Below are positions 53,580 through 64,000 of a stretch of DNA of 64,000 bases, one piece after another. Numbering within the stretch: position 1 is the stretch's first letter; every line of letters begins with the position of its first letter. The notes beneath the pieces were generated by a model. The model saw nothing but the letters and a program-made list of their open reading frames with translations, searched no databases and was not told the DNA's origin. This DNA is from Plasmodiophora brassicae (taxonomy: Eukaryota): positions 434,001 to 498,000 of the forward strand of contig CP145415.1 in the NCBI GenBank assembly GCA_036867785.1, read 5' to 3'. The position numbers and the translations under genes were made by a program.

Positions 53580-54815
53580 TTATATCGTGGGCAGGAACTG
53601 CTGGAAGTAGCAATTGGACATGTACTGGGCGATCTGCGGGTCGTCGGCGACGAAGGTGCCGTCCTGCGCCGATGGCGCCTTGCCGGTGCCGTCGAACCGC
53701 ATCCCGATCAGCGTTGACGACGTCGCCCTGCGCTTCAGGGCGCTGTCTACGGTGCCGCCGTGGAGGAACAGGAGGTCTGCCCTTGGGCGTTATGTACACA
53801 ATGGTCGAAAGCGCCACCGGCGTCGCCGTACCGGTTTGGGATTTCGTCAGCGTTCCCTGGCGCGTTTCGAGTAGGCATGCGCCTTCGTGCAGCCAGACGT
53901 CGAGGACGTCGTGAGCGCGTTGCTCGGCCCGATCGATGACGAGCGCGAACCAGACGTCCTGCACCTTTCTGCCTTCCGTAAACGGGACTGGCGACGACAT
54001 GTCCACCTCGGCATCGCTGATCACGTGGCAGGCCTGCGAAGCGCGCCGGCCGAGAACGTCGGATCCCGATTGCCTCTGCGCGGAGCCGGTCAACGCAACG
54101 CCAGACGCGTCCCGTGCCGTCGTACGTACGGTGGTGGCCAACCTGTAGTGGACCTCGCCGTCGGTCTCGTTGAAGTCGTGCACGCGGAACCACTGGTTGT
54201 TCCAGACGGACAGCTTGGCCGACTGGAACTGTTCCGCCAGGCTGAAGTACGAATACTGCATCGCACGCGCACGGTCAGCAGAGGAGTGCACAGCGCGTGG
54301 TCCCGCGCCCGACCTGGAAGCACGAGATGCGCAGGTCCCTGGTGGTCTCGATGCTGGGCTGCGTGCTGCAGAACAGCATGAGGTCGACGTCGGCGCAGTC
54401 GCGCGTGCGCAGCTGCTGGCAGGCGCAGACGACGCGGCAGCGCCGGCAGTCGCGCAGGAACACGCTGGACTCGCACGGCCCGATGAAGATGCGGCAGTTG
54501 GTCGCAAAGTCGACCGTGACCTGCGCGCTGTAGTCGAACAGGAAAATGTCGCAGTCGTCGGCCGTGTCGATGATGAACTGCTGGCCCGCGATCGCGCTGT
54601 GGCCCGTCAGCAAACAGGACGACGGCGGTGGGGCACAGTGACGAACAGCACACAGACCCAGGTGGACGGACGACAGTGACGCCCTTGGCGTTCATGACCA
54701 TGAAATCCTTCGGGTCCAGCCTGGGCTTCGCTGGCGCTGGGGTGGCGGGCGGCGCCTCGGGCACAGCGTCGCCGGCGGACGCGGGCGCCTCTCTCCTACA
54801 CAGCCAGCTACCCAT
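53580..54815 (-). CDS. RP2: XRP2 (RP2) TBCC-domain Arl3 GAP, multi-exon
   Basis: MGSWLC acylation-type start; IAGQQFIID, QVTVD, IFIGP, SVFLRDC, ACQQLRTRDC, LSVWNNQWFRVHDF. Confidence 0.88.
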
Positions 54816-54938
54816 CGCCGGGTCTACCTAAAGTGGGCCGGATCGTCACAAGGGTACGCTCGAAACGGGCGAATGGTCGACGCCCATGGACGTATATTGC
54901 ACAGGCGATAGATAGTACACGACCACGACCAGCGGCGT

Positions 54939-55214
54939 TCATGCATGGCCGCCGTTGAAGTAGTCGTTGCATCGGGCGATCCAGGAAGCGGACGCGCGGC
55001 AGAAACACCAGGCGCCCGCGCAGGCGAAGACGCACAGGATGACGACGACCATGATAATGAGGAACGTCGGGTAGGGAGCCGGATCCGACGAGGTGGTCGG
55101 CGGCGGTGGTGGCGTCGTCGTTTTCGGCACATCGTCGACGGCCGCCGCCAGTTCAAACGCGTTCGCAACAAGACCGCCAAGGAGTACCCGAGGAGCGACG
55201 CCTCTGACGACCAT
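54939..55214 (-). CDS. Small single-pass membrane protein
   Basis: Pro/Thr-rich stalk, TM FLIIMVVVILCVFACAGAW, Cys-rich juxtamembrane region. Confidence 0.5.
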   Translation of the reverse strand: MVVRGVAPRVLLGGLVANAFELAAAVDDVPKTTTPPPPPTTSSDPAPYPTFLIIMVVVILCVFACAGAWCFCRASASWIARCNDYFNGGHA

Positions 55215-55291
55215 GCCTGACTCGACAATGGGTGAGTCAACACAGCCGCCTTCGTCGAACGGCAGAGCGCATCATCACCTTACCAGCGGCC

Positions 55292-55357
55292 TGGACGTCA
55301 ACTCTTCGACAGACCGTTGCTATACCATCAGCCGAGGCCGAGTACATGGCGCTAACC
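55292..55357 (+). mobile_element. Ty1/copia RNase H remnant
   Basis: WTSTLRQTVAIPSAEAEYMAL resembles the copia motif WxSKKQxxVALSSxEAEYxAL. Confidence 0.6.
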
Positions 55358-55413
55358 GCAGGGACCCTGAGCCAAACGAATCGCGCCTTATTAATGAGCA
55401 ATTGCCTGGCGTT

Positions 55414-57225
55414 TCAGGTGTGTTGCAGGCTGACGAGGTAGTCGATCGTGGCGGCCGTTGCCTGCGTCGCCTCGCACGGATTGGTAACCTCCAGCGGGCT
55501 GGATCGCAGCTCGCTAGCCTGGGAGACCTGTCGGGCGAACTCGGCCAATGCGTCGCGAAAGTCGCCCAGCGTGCCGTACACCCTGGTACGACCCGACAGA
55601 TGTCGCGTGCAGACGGCGTCCCATGCCGCTGATACGCCCTCATCGCCTATGGGCAGGACCCGATGCCGCATGAGCTCGGTACCCAGGCGACTCCTGTCAG
55701 CACGACGAATCAGCGCAATGGTCGGCACGAAGCAATCAAAGGCTCAGCATACCACGCGGGGCGGTTCAGGCACAGGCAGACGCCACGGGAGTCGCTTAAG
55801 GGCACCAGCGCGTACTGTTCCACCGATGTGCTGACAAACGGAACTGTTGGCGATCAGCAAACGGGGCCGGCCGCTGGTATGGCGCCCTTACGCTCAACGA
55901 AGGAGTTCTCCAGGAACCAGGCCGTCACGATCGAAGGACAGACGCGCTCCATCTGCTGGGCGACCATTGCCTTGGCGTCGGCCGGGCCCGTGTACCCGTC
56001 GGGCATGTCCATGCGTATCAGAACGTCCAGGTCCTTGGCCTGGATGAGACCGGTGCCGCCCCAGTGCAATACATAGGGGAAACGCTGCGACCAGGGCAGA
56101 TCGTCACCGGCAGCGTGTTGCGACGGTGGGTATTCTGTCTGGAACGTCAGCGTCGATATGTCAACGCTGCGGGCGCCATGGTCGCCTTCCGCGTCCCGCT
56201 CCCCTTCATCGTCATGCATGGATTCCATCGGCGTACACTCAACAGGTTCCGGAACCGCCTCCGTGTCCTTCGTCTCTCGCGTGCTATCCGAGCAGATCAC
56301 CAGGGGCTGCGTTGACGGGTCAACGGCTACGCGAACGGAGTCATTGTCGCTTGCAATGTCTTCCGCTCTGCTCGCCTCGACAGCGTGCTCATGGTCTTCC
56401 TCATCCCTCGTCATCTGCGAATCCTCGAACCTGTCATCCTGGATAAAATCGATCAGTTGGCGTGAATGCGCATGACACTGCGGTTGCGCATGACACTGTG
56501 GTCGACCGTACACGTTCGGGTCCCGTAAGGAACAGCACACTGGCTTGAGTGCCCAGCAGACCGGTGTCAACAGGTTCGTCTGCGGGCAACGCCGCCTCCA
56601 TGCGGTCGTCGGACGGCGTGCCACAGCCAAAGCCAGCGCCTGCGCCCTCACTTTCTTCCTCGTTAGCCGCTGCTTCACCTGGCGGTTGCCGACCGAGGTC
56701 GGCGTTCTCCTTGTCCGCGACAAGCGGAAGGCGGGGTCGACGCTGGAGCTGTTTCAGCGCTGGCCGTATCGGGGGCCTGACAGTCGGGATGTCGACCGGA
56801 TTCGGGTCGAACCATGCGATGGTCCTGAGAGTGAACGTGACCATGGGATCCTCACCGATGACTTCATACCGAACTGGGCACTGCTCGGCTGGATCGAATA
56901 GCCATGGGTGCGGGCGCGCACTGGTCCAGTAGAACAGAATGCGATGAACGCCGTCACGACGCCAGACGTTACTAAACGGCCCCGGCCGCATGTGATGCTG
57001 CCTGCGAAGCACCTCGTACTCGGCATGCAGATCGTACACGTCCCGGCACAGCAACAGCGAGTACTGCGCCATCATCTCGTCCGTGCGCCACGCGACACAC
57101 GCCCGATGCGCACGACTGGCAACCGGAATCCAGCGCTGCACCGACCGATGCCGGACGTGTTCGTCGTAGTCGTCGTCATTGTCATTGGATCCGTCGTCGT
57201 CTGCGGCGACCCGCTTCCGAGACAT
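55414..57225 (-). CDS. Hypothetical multi-exon protein; boundaries approximate
   Basis: Consecutive minus-strand ORFs 57225-56434, 56723-55854 and 55728-55414 with protein-like composition; no family recognised. Confidence 0.45.
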
Positions 57226-57841
57226 TCCCGACGAACTCCGTGTCGCTGCGCAGCGCCACGCCCCCCCGCCTGTGCCTGTGGCGTCAACTCAAGGTCCCCA
57301 CTCCTCAGGTGTAGCTTCCACTGCGGATCCGGGTGCAGCTCCACTACGCATCCCCATGTACAGCTCCCACTGCGCATCCCCATGCGTACGTCGGAAGACA
57401 GGCCCGCTGCAAGGCCACCTCATGGGTCCGCACTACACCCCCTCAGTCTCCGCAATGGAGGCCTGTAAGGGAGGGTGAAGATAGGCAACAGGTCACAGGA
57501 AACCTGGAGGTGGGAACCGAGTCCGGTATCGTGGATCCGAGGTCGGGCGGCGTGCTCGCGCTTGGCCAACGGGCTCGTGTTTTCGGTCCCGATGAGCGAC
57601 CCGAAGGCGAGGTCGAGGTTCCAGGAACGACTGGACGCGCACCGGCCGACCCCCGTCACGATCAGCACGCACCACTACCGAAACGCATCGCAGCGTTCCC
57701 AGTCCAAGCTCGCCACCGATACCGTCGCAGTTGACGGCGAATCGTCCCCGGAACCGCTCTCCCATCCCGGCTGCCGCCAAGCGCCCCCATAACGTAAACA
57801 ACCGCTGAAGTCCTACCGCCTCCATCCAATGTCCTCTTGTT

Positions 57842-58474
57842 TTACTCTGGGAACCTGTCGATTGTCGATATGTTCGGATCGGACCGAAAGGCGTCGCCGC
57901 TCTCGATGACGCCTTTCAGAGCATCGAGGAGACGGTCGAGGTAGGCGGTCGCAACGGAAGCGTCTTTCTCATCGGGAGCCCATTCGGGCCATTCCTTATC
58001 CGTCTCTGGCGAACCGCTGTACGGCCCCGACTTGACCGAATAGACGACGGTCCCATCGCATAGCGGCACGACGGTGTGGAACAGGTCCCCGGGGATGTCG
58101 CTGACGAAGGGTGTTGTTTCACTTGCACCGGACGACCCAACCGACATAACGCGTTCGGCCCAGACCACGTCACCCGTCCTGCCGAATATCACAACGACAG
58201 CGGCGCCGGATAAAACCAGGTACCGGCTGCGATGGTTGGGTGGGAACAGCTGTCGATGGGGGCGAATGTAACTGTGCCTGTTGCCGCTCGGGTCAGGCAA
58301 TCACACCCGCACCGGGATTCCGTCCTTGCACGAACGTTACCTGTTCAAGACATTAAACATGACCTGAACCGGGGCGTCCGGCTGCGTTGTCGGGCACACG
58401 GCCATGTATCGCCGACGATCCGATTGGTTCGCCAGGGCGACCATTCTGGCCATATCTGCTGGCGATGTCACCAT
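57842..58474 (-). CDS. WbuC-family cupin-like protein, 2 exons
   Basis: PVQVMFNVLN / RHSYIRPHR, VLSG, DIPGDLFHTVV, VKSGPY, KEWPEWAPDE...AYL; GT-AG intron ~58340-58279. Confidence 0.75.
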
Positions 58475-58658
58475 CGCCAGGTACGGTTTCGTCCCGCCCT
58501 CATGACCTGATCATCGCTGGTCAGCACCGGCGCGCCTCACATTACGTCTGGGAGAGCGGATCCCACCGATTCGTTCCTCTGCCATTGGTCTCGCCAGCGT
58601 TCCCAAGGGGCTGCGACTAGTGAGCCGTGTTTCGTGGCGCAACCTTCTCGTCAGCGTC

Positions 58659-59198
58659 ATGTCGACGGCGGAGGTGGACCCGTTGATCTGCCTGAATGAC
58701 GTGTTCTGTCAGGGAACGCGTCTGGTCACCCCGATTATTGCCCATGTGGCCCTGGCGTTCATCGTCGTGTTCCTGATCTACATACTACGGTCCGACCGGT
58801 TCTTCGCGTCGATCCTGGCCCTTTGGGAGATCAACCTGCTGATCTTCTGGTTCGTCCAAGTGCAGTGGCTCTGGTATGCACTGGTCGCGTTCGACCTGTG
58901 GGTCATGAACAAGTACCTGGACACGAAGAAGGTGACGGAAACGCCGCAACGTGTGTTGTGGATCACTTACAGAACCGTGGTGGGGCAGGCCCGGCGCGAC
59001 GGCGAAGAAGACGTCGCTGAAGAGAACCCCGACGCGGAAGAGAACATGCTGGGCCAGAGGAAATATGCGCCGGGCGAATCGGCGAACGGCAATGAGACGG
59101 GTGCCGAAAGCAATGACGAAGGGTCCCAGGATGGTTCCATCGGTAGCTCCGAGGAGAAGAAGACGCACAGTGCTTCGGTGTCCCAGAACCCTTACTAA
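58659..59198 (+). CDS. Hypothetical membrane protein
   Basis: Two or three TM-like segments followed by an acidic tail. Confidence 0.55.
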   Translation: MSTAEVDPLICLNDVFCQGTRLVTPIIAHVALAFIVVFLIYILRSDRFFASILALWEINLLIFWFVQVQWLWYALVAFDLWVMNKYLDTKKVTETPQRVLWITYRTVVGQARRDGEEDVAEENPDAEENMLGQRKYAPGESANGNETGAESNDEGSQDGSIGSSEEKKTHSASVSQNPY

Positions 59199-59699
59199 GT
59201 TCAGTACATTCCCACAGTACTGGCGCTGTAGAACTAGTCGTGGAACGAATGCCAATCCGCTATTTAATAACGACCGGTAATGTTTATAGCGTTAACAGCT
59301 GAGAGACCTTCGAGCGATGCCGCTTCTCACAGACAGGGCGACGACTGGAGCCTTGCACGCAGTGGTGGCGCTGGACGATGTCTTCCTGACGACGGTCCCG
59401 AACTGGATGATCTTGATACCCAGGACCCTCTCGATCTTGGTCCTGTTCCCCGCCTGCCGACCTTCGATCACGCCACGGCAGACGCCGTCCTCTCCGACCA
59501 CAAACAACATGATTGTCGTCTGACGACGTCCGTCGCCGCCGTACCGTACCCGTGTCCACGTCCGACGTCCCACTGGGGCGCCAACTATTAATAGTGAGCA
59601 CGATCCTATTTCGGTCACGGCTCACGGGTCGACTCTTCCTGCAGCAGCCACGGGTCGGCAAAATCACGCCATGAGGTATTGAGGTTTGCACGATTCATC

Positions 59700-62600
59700 A
59701 TGTTTGGGCTGATGAGATATCAGGAATTGGTGTCTGGGCAATATCTTCCATCGGTGTCGGCGTCATCAACGGGCGGGCCGGCGACGTCATGTCGGCGCAG
59801 AAGGCGGCGATCTCGTCGGCCAATGACGTTTCCGACGCCGAGGACACTTTCGCGATCGACAGTGTCACGCCGCCCCGGGCCCGCACGTCGATGCAGACCG
59901 ATTTCCCATGCGTGAAGGTCCCAGCTGCGTTCAAATAACGGCAGCGGCGACCTCTGAGCGACGGTCGTCCGCAGACGAACAAGTTCGGCGTGCGACAGGA
60001 CCGGGTGTTGAAAATTGACCGGAATGACGGTTCCATAACGTGTTACGACATGAAAGCGAATATGAAGAAGCGCCTGCCGCCGATTGCATACATCTCGTCA
60101 TCGGCGCCACCGCCGCGCTCAGGTGCCCACTCAACGAGGCAACAGGCGGCACTGTATCGTTTCTGAAGTGTTCAGACAGACGATGCCTCCTCCTCGGCCA
60201 TCCGGATCGAGTTTCGGGCGCCATCGGATCAGGTAACGAGTGAACACGACGCGGCTTCACAGTTTCACATTTTGAAACCTGTCGTACGCTAGCGTCCTTA
60301 CGAGATTGAGTTTGGGAACCAGCACCTTTGCGATCGGTTCGTGAAGATGGCGACCGACACTGTCGCCAGCGGCCCGACTGCGCAAACGGTCAGTCCGTGT
60401 TTGGCGGCCCCCATTTACCTGCTCCGATGATGTCTGACGCAAGCGTTCCAGCAGTCAGGGCCGGTTGCGACACATGTGTACCCGGACCTCCCGTTGTATG
60501 AGGTCTACAAATCTGGCAAGTACGGGACGGCCAAAGCGCGGGTCGTGCAGATCAACCCGGCAGCGAGCCGCCTGCTGGTCGCGACCTTGGGGAACCGAAA
60601 GGTGTCAGCGGCGCCGTTCATTGCAGTCTGGCGCGCGTTGCTTACGAATGGTTACAGATCAAGCGAACCTACAACCTGGACGGCCTTGTCGGCGTCAGCA
60701 TGAACGATGCGGCTGACTGCCAGCTACGGTTCCGGAATGAAATGCTTCCTGAGCATGGCGGTGCGCTCGTGTCGTTGCAGTTTGCCGACTCCTGCTCGCG
60801 TAGCGAATTCATCGATCAGGTGCGATCGTGCTGCAAGTCGCCCTTGGGTAGGCAGGTCCCCGTCGTCCGTTCGGGCCCTTCGCCTATGAGCTTGTCCTCA
60901 GACGTGAGCGCACCTGTTCAAGTTCGCGACGACAACATGGTCAGGTTCGCGGTCACGTCAGTGGGCCGATACGGCGTCCGACGATCGAGGACGATCTATG
61001 TCGATCCCAGCGACAAGCGAATGTATATCGTTCGCCCGCGTAAGCGATACTTGCCGCTGGAACGCTACCTGCTGATACCTGAGCATTCCCAGCGGACCTG
61101 CCCGTTGCAGTACCCCTTGCTGATATCATCGATGCTACGCGATCGTCGTCAGACCAACGCAGGGCTTCGATCCGGTTCCAGGAGAAGGACGCCGTCAAAG
61201 TGAAGGAATTCGTATTTTCGTGCCGGTCGGCGCGGGAGACGTTCCTCGCTCAGGCAGGCCGCGACGTTGCTCGAGATTGTGGCAGTGGCTAACAGGAGGA
61301 CGGCCTGTCCGACAGATTAACGAGAACCACAATATGGGCGACGAGATCGCGGAGCCCAAGCAGGCGCGGACGTATTCGCTGTGGGTCGGCTCCTGGAACA
61401 CGGGTAAAATGCCAGCAGCCGGTGAGTTGGCAAATCAGTGGCGGCTCCGAACGATTGCAATTGATGAACACGCGCGGTGGGAACCGGCAGATGTGGAGAG
61501 CAGCGTCGACTGGGTCCCCGCCGGCCATGACCTGTACGTGGTCGGCCTGCAAGAGTGCCGCAACAACCAGGCGTGGCAGGCCGCAATCCAGGCGCATCTC
61601 AACGGCGGCGACGACGAATTCGTGCTGCTGAACTCGCACTCCCTCTGGAGTATTCTTCTGCTCGTGTTTGTTCGCGCCTCGCTCTCTGGAACCGTAGACC
61701 GAGCCGCGACGTCCCCTGGGGTGACAGGTGCTGACTTCCCATAGGTATTTGTCACCATGACCGACTCGGTGGGCACCGGGATGAACAACTTGGCCGGCAA
61801 CAAGGGCGCGGTGGTTGCGTCGCTTCGCATCGACGACGACGTCGTCTGCTTTACCGTCTGCCACCTAGCCGCTCGGGCGGAGCGCATCTTCGATCGCAGA
61901 AGCAACATCAGGCACATCATGGCCGAGGTCAAGGACGATGTCTACCATACCGCCAGGCATCTGGTGTTTTTCGGTAGGCGCTGAGGGCCCGGAGGATGTA
62001 CCCTTTACGTTCTGTATTAACACTCGTTCAGGAGACCTCAACTACAGAGTCATACAGGAGTTTTCCCGCGTCTGTTCCGCAATCGCAGCGGGCGCCCTGG
62101 ATGCGTTAGTCAGCTCCGATCAGCTTCAGGACGAGATCGCGCAGAAGGCGATCTTCCTCGGCTATCACGAAGGTATGGGGAGGACCTGGATGAAACGAAT
62201 TCAACCGATGAGCTTTGTTCGGCGTGGCAGGGGCGTTGGCTTTCGCGCCTACGTATCGCATGGAACGGAATTCCTCCGAATATTCCAACAAGCGAGAGCA
62301 GTCACCTTCTTGGACTGATCGTATTCTGTATAAATCGCGCCCGGATGCAGAGAACGAGTTCGTGCTCAAGGAATACAGGTCTCACCCTACGGTGCTCGGG
62401 TAGTGGGCTTCTGAACCCCCTCCCTCGAAATACTCGCTGACGCCTGCTTGCAGATCGGACCATCGCCCAGTTAGCGCCGTGTTCAACCTGAAACCCAGAT
62501 CCTCGCTTCACTGCGGGTCGCTGGGAGGTTCCCGAGGGCCTCTTCCTCGGATAAGGTTCCTGTACATCGACGTCTGCGTACCGAACATTAGCTTGGTCGA

Positions 62601-63200
62601 TGAGGACCTGGACCCTGCAGAAACCCCCGTTCATCTGCGGATAAGCTCTGAGATCGAGCAGAATTCTGTCAGTTGACTCTGATTCGGGCCGGGTGCCCTG
62701 AATGCTGACTTCTTTGCCTTTTTGTGGTCGCAGTTGAAAAGCAGGGCGGGGACAATTGTGCAGACGCCTGATGAGGCAGTCAGGTTACACTGGAATGCGT
62801 CTGACTTGCCGCCTCTCAATTCCCTGATAACGGCTGACGAGACCTATATCGCGTCGTCCCACATAGAATTTCATGTATATTCGTTGAACTCCAGGCTCGG
62901 TACACAGCTCTGAGTACGCTCTATGCCCCCTTACGATTTACAAATGGTTCGTTGGACAGGTTCATCCATTATAGCGTTGACTACGCTGTTCGACAGCGCG
63001 GATGCCGAAACAGGAGGAATGCAGTTCTCCGCCGATATCGGCTTGCACAGCCAGTTTATCGGAACGGTAGGGCACGGCACAGCCGGTGTGCCCATCTGTT
63101 CTGACATATCCTTCAGTTGAACGGTGCGGTTATGTTGGAACTTCCGCTATAGCACGGGATTCTTCTACGCGTCAATCACGATGCGAATTAGTACTAGGTA
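59700..63200 (+). CDS. Inositol polyphosphate 5-phosphatase with N-terminal PH-like repeats, multi-exon; ends approximate
   Basis: VGSWNTG, YVVGLQE, NKGAV, CHLAA, GDLNYR, PTYR, PSWTDRILY, SDHRPV. Confidence 0.85.
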
Positions 63201-63385
63201 CATACATCATAATACATTACCGCTCGACGTGGTATACAGCGTTCGTCAGCGGGAATATGGCCGCAATTCAGCAACCCTGCCGTGGTCGGGCAGCACTATA
63301 TGGGGATGCGCTAATATCCGATGGAGGCAGTCCGCCACGGAGTCCGTAGGGCGGCGTTCCCATCGCCCAGCACAATCGAACAACC

Positions 63386-63986
63386 ATGACGTCTACGGAC
63401 CCGGTTCCATCCGTCCAGGTCTTCGGACGCAAGCGATCGGCGGTCGCCGTTGCCTACACGAAGCGCGGCAAGGGCCTGATTAAGATTAACGGCACGCCGA
63501 TTGAGTTCGTGCAGCCGGAGGGCCTCCGCATCAAAGTCATGGAGCCCGTCATGCTCCTGGGCTTCGAGAAGTTCTCCAGCGTTGACATCCGTGTCCGTAT
63601 CCAGGGCGGTGGTTTCACCTCCCGTGTCTACGCCATCCGTCAGGCGATCGCCAAGAGCCTGGTTTCGTACTACCAGAAGTGTACGTTGTTTACGGCGCTT
63701 GCGCTGCCCTGATGATTCCTTTGTATTTTTAAGTTTGAGATCCAACATGTCGTGCTGGACAACATAACGTTTATGATTGGGAACATTGCTTCTGATATCG
63801 TGCGTATCGGGAACGTACACTGACACCCATGTCGATACAGTTGTCGATGAGGCGTCGAAGAAGGAGATCAAGGACATCCTGATCTCGTACGACCGATCAC
63901 TGCTCGTTGCCGACCCGCGTCGTCGTGAACCCAAGAAGTTCGGTGGTCGCTCCGCCCGTGCGCGCTTCCAGAAGTCCTACCGTTAA
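63386..63986 (+). CDS. RPS16: 40S ribosomal protein S16 (uS9), 2 exons; intron 63681-63840
   Basis: [55 protein letters not shown]. Confidence 0.97.
63705..63800 (+). ncRNA. Candidate intronic box C/D snoRNA
   Basis: Box C TGATGA (63710-63715) and box D CTGA (63792-63795) in an unusually long (160-nt), AT-richer RP-gene intron. Confidence 0.55.
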
Positions 63987-64000
63987 GTTACACGTGCGGA

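Overview
Gene-dense, GC-rich eukaryotic DNA with short (~50-60 nt) GT-AG introns. The membrane-RGS, flagellar-type (EFCAB10, ENO4-like, RP2) and lineage-specific secreted genes suggest a phytomyxid protist such as Plasmodiophora; this is an inference. Recognisable genes: PFDN6, a KNL2/M18BP1-like protein, MDH, BEACH-WD40, Pcc1, two inositol 5-phosphatases, aconitase, a Ulp1 protease, a MADS-box factor, a triple-Myb/TPR protein, TVP38, cathepsin Z, WW-MyTH4-FERM, RP2, a WbuC-like cupin, RPS16 and two tRNAs. The main result is a nested mobile-element stack at 16775-24882. A ~133-bp MITE-like element was split by a hAT transposon (20-bp TIRs, 8-bp TSD). The transposase gene was in turn interrupted by a 5.5-kb non-coding LTR element with identical 92-bp LTRs, a 5-bp TSD and a PPT. 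That element has an 11-nt Tf1-style self-priming site instead of a tRNA PBS, and its interior is almost entirely a ~33 x 147-bp tandem array. Multi-exon gene coordinates are hand-derived, and are approximate where stated.
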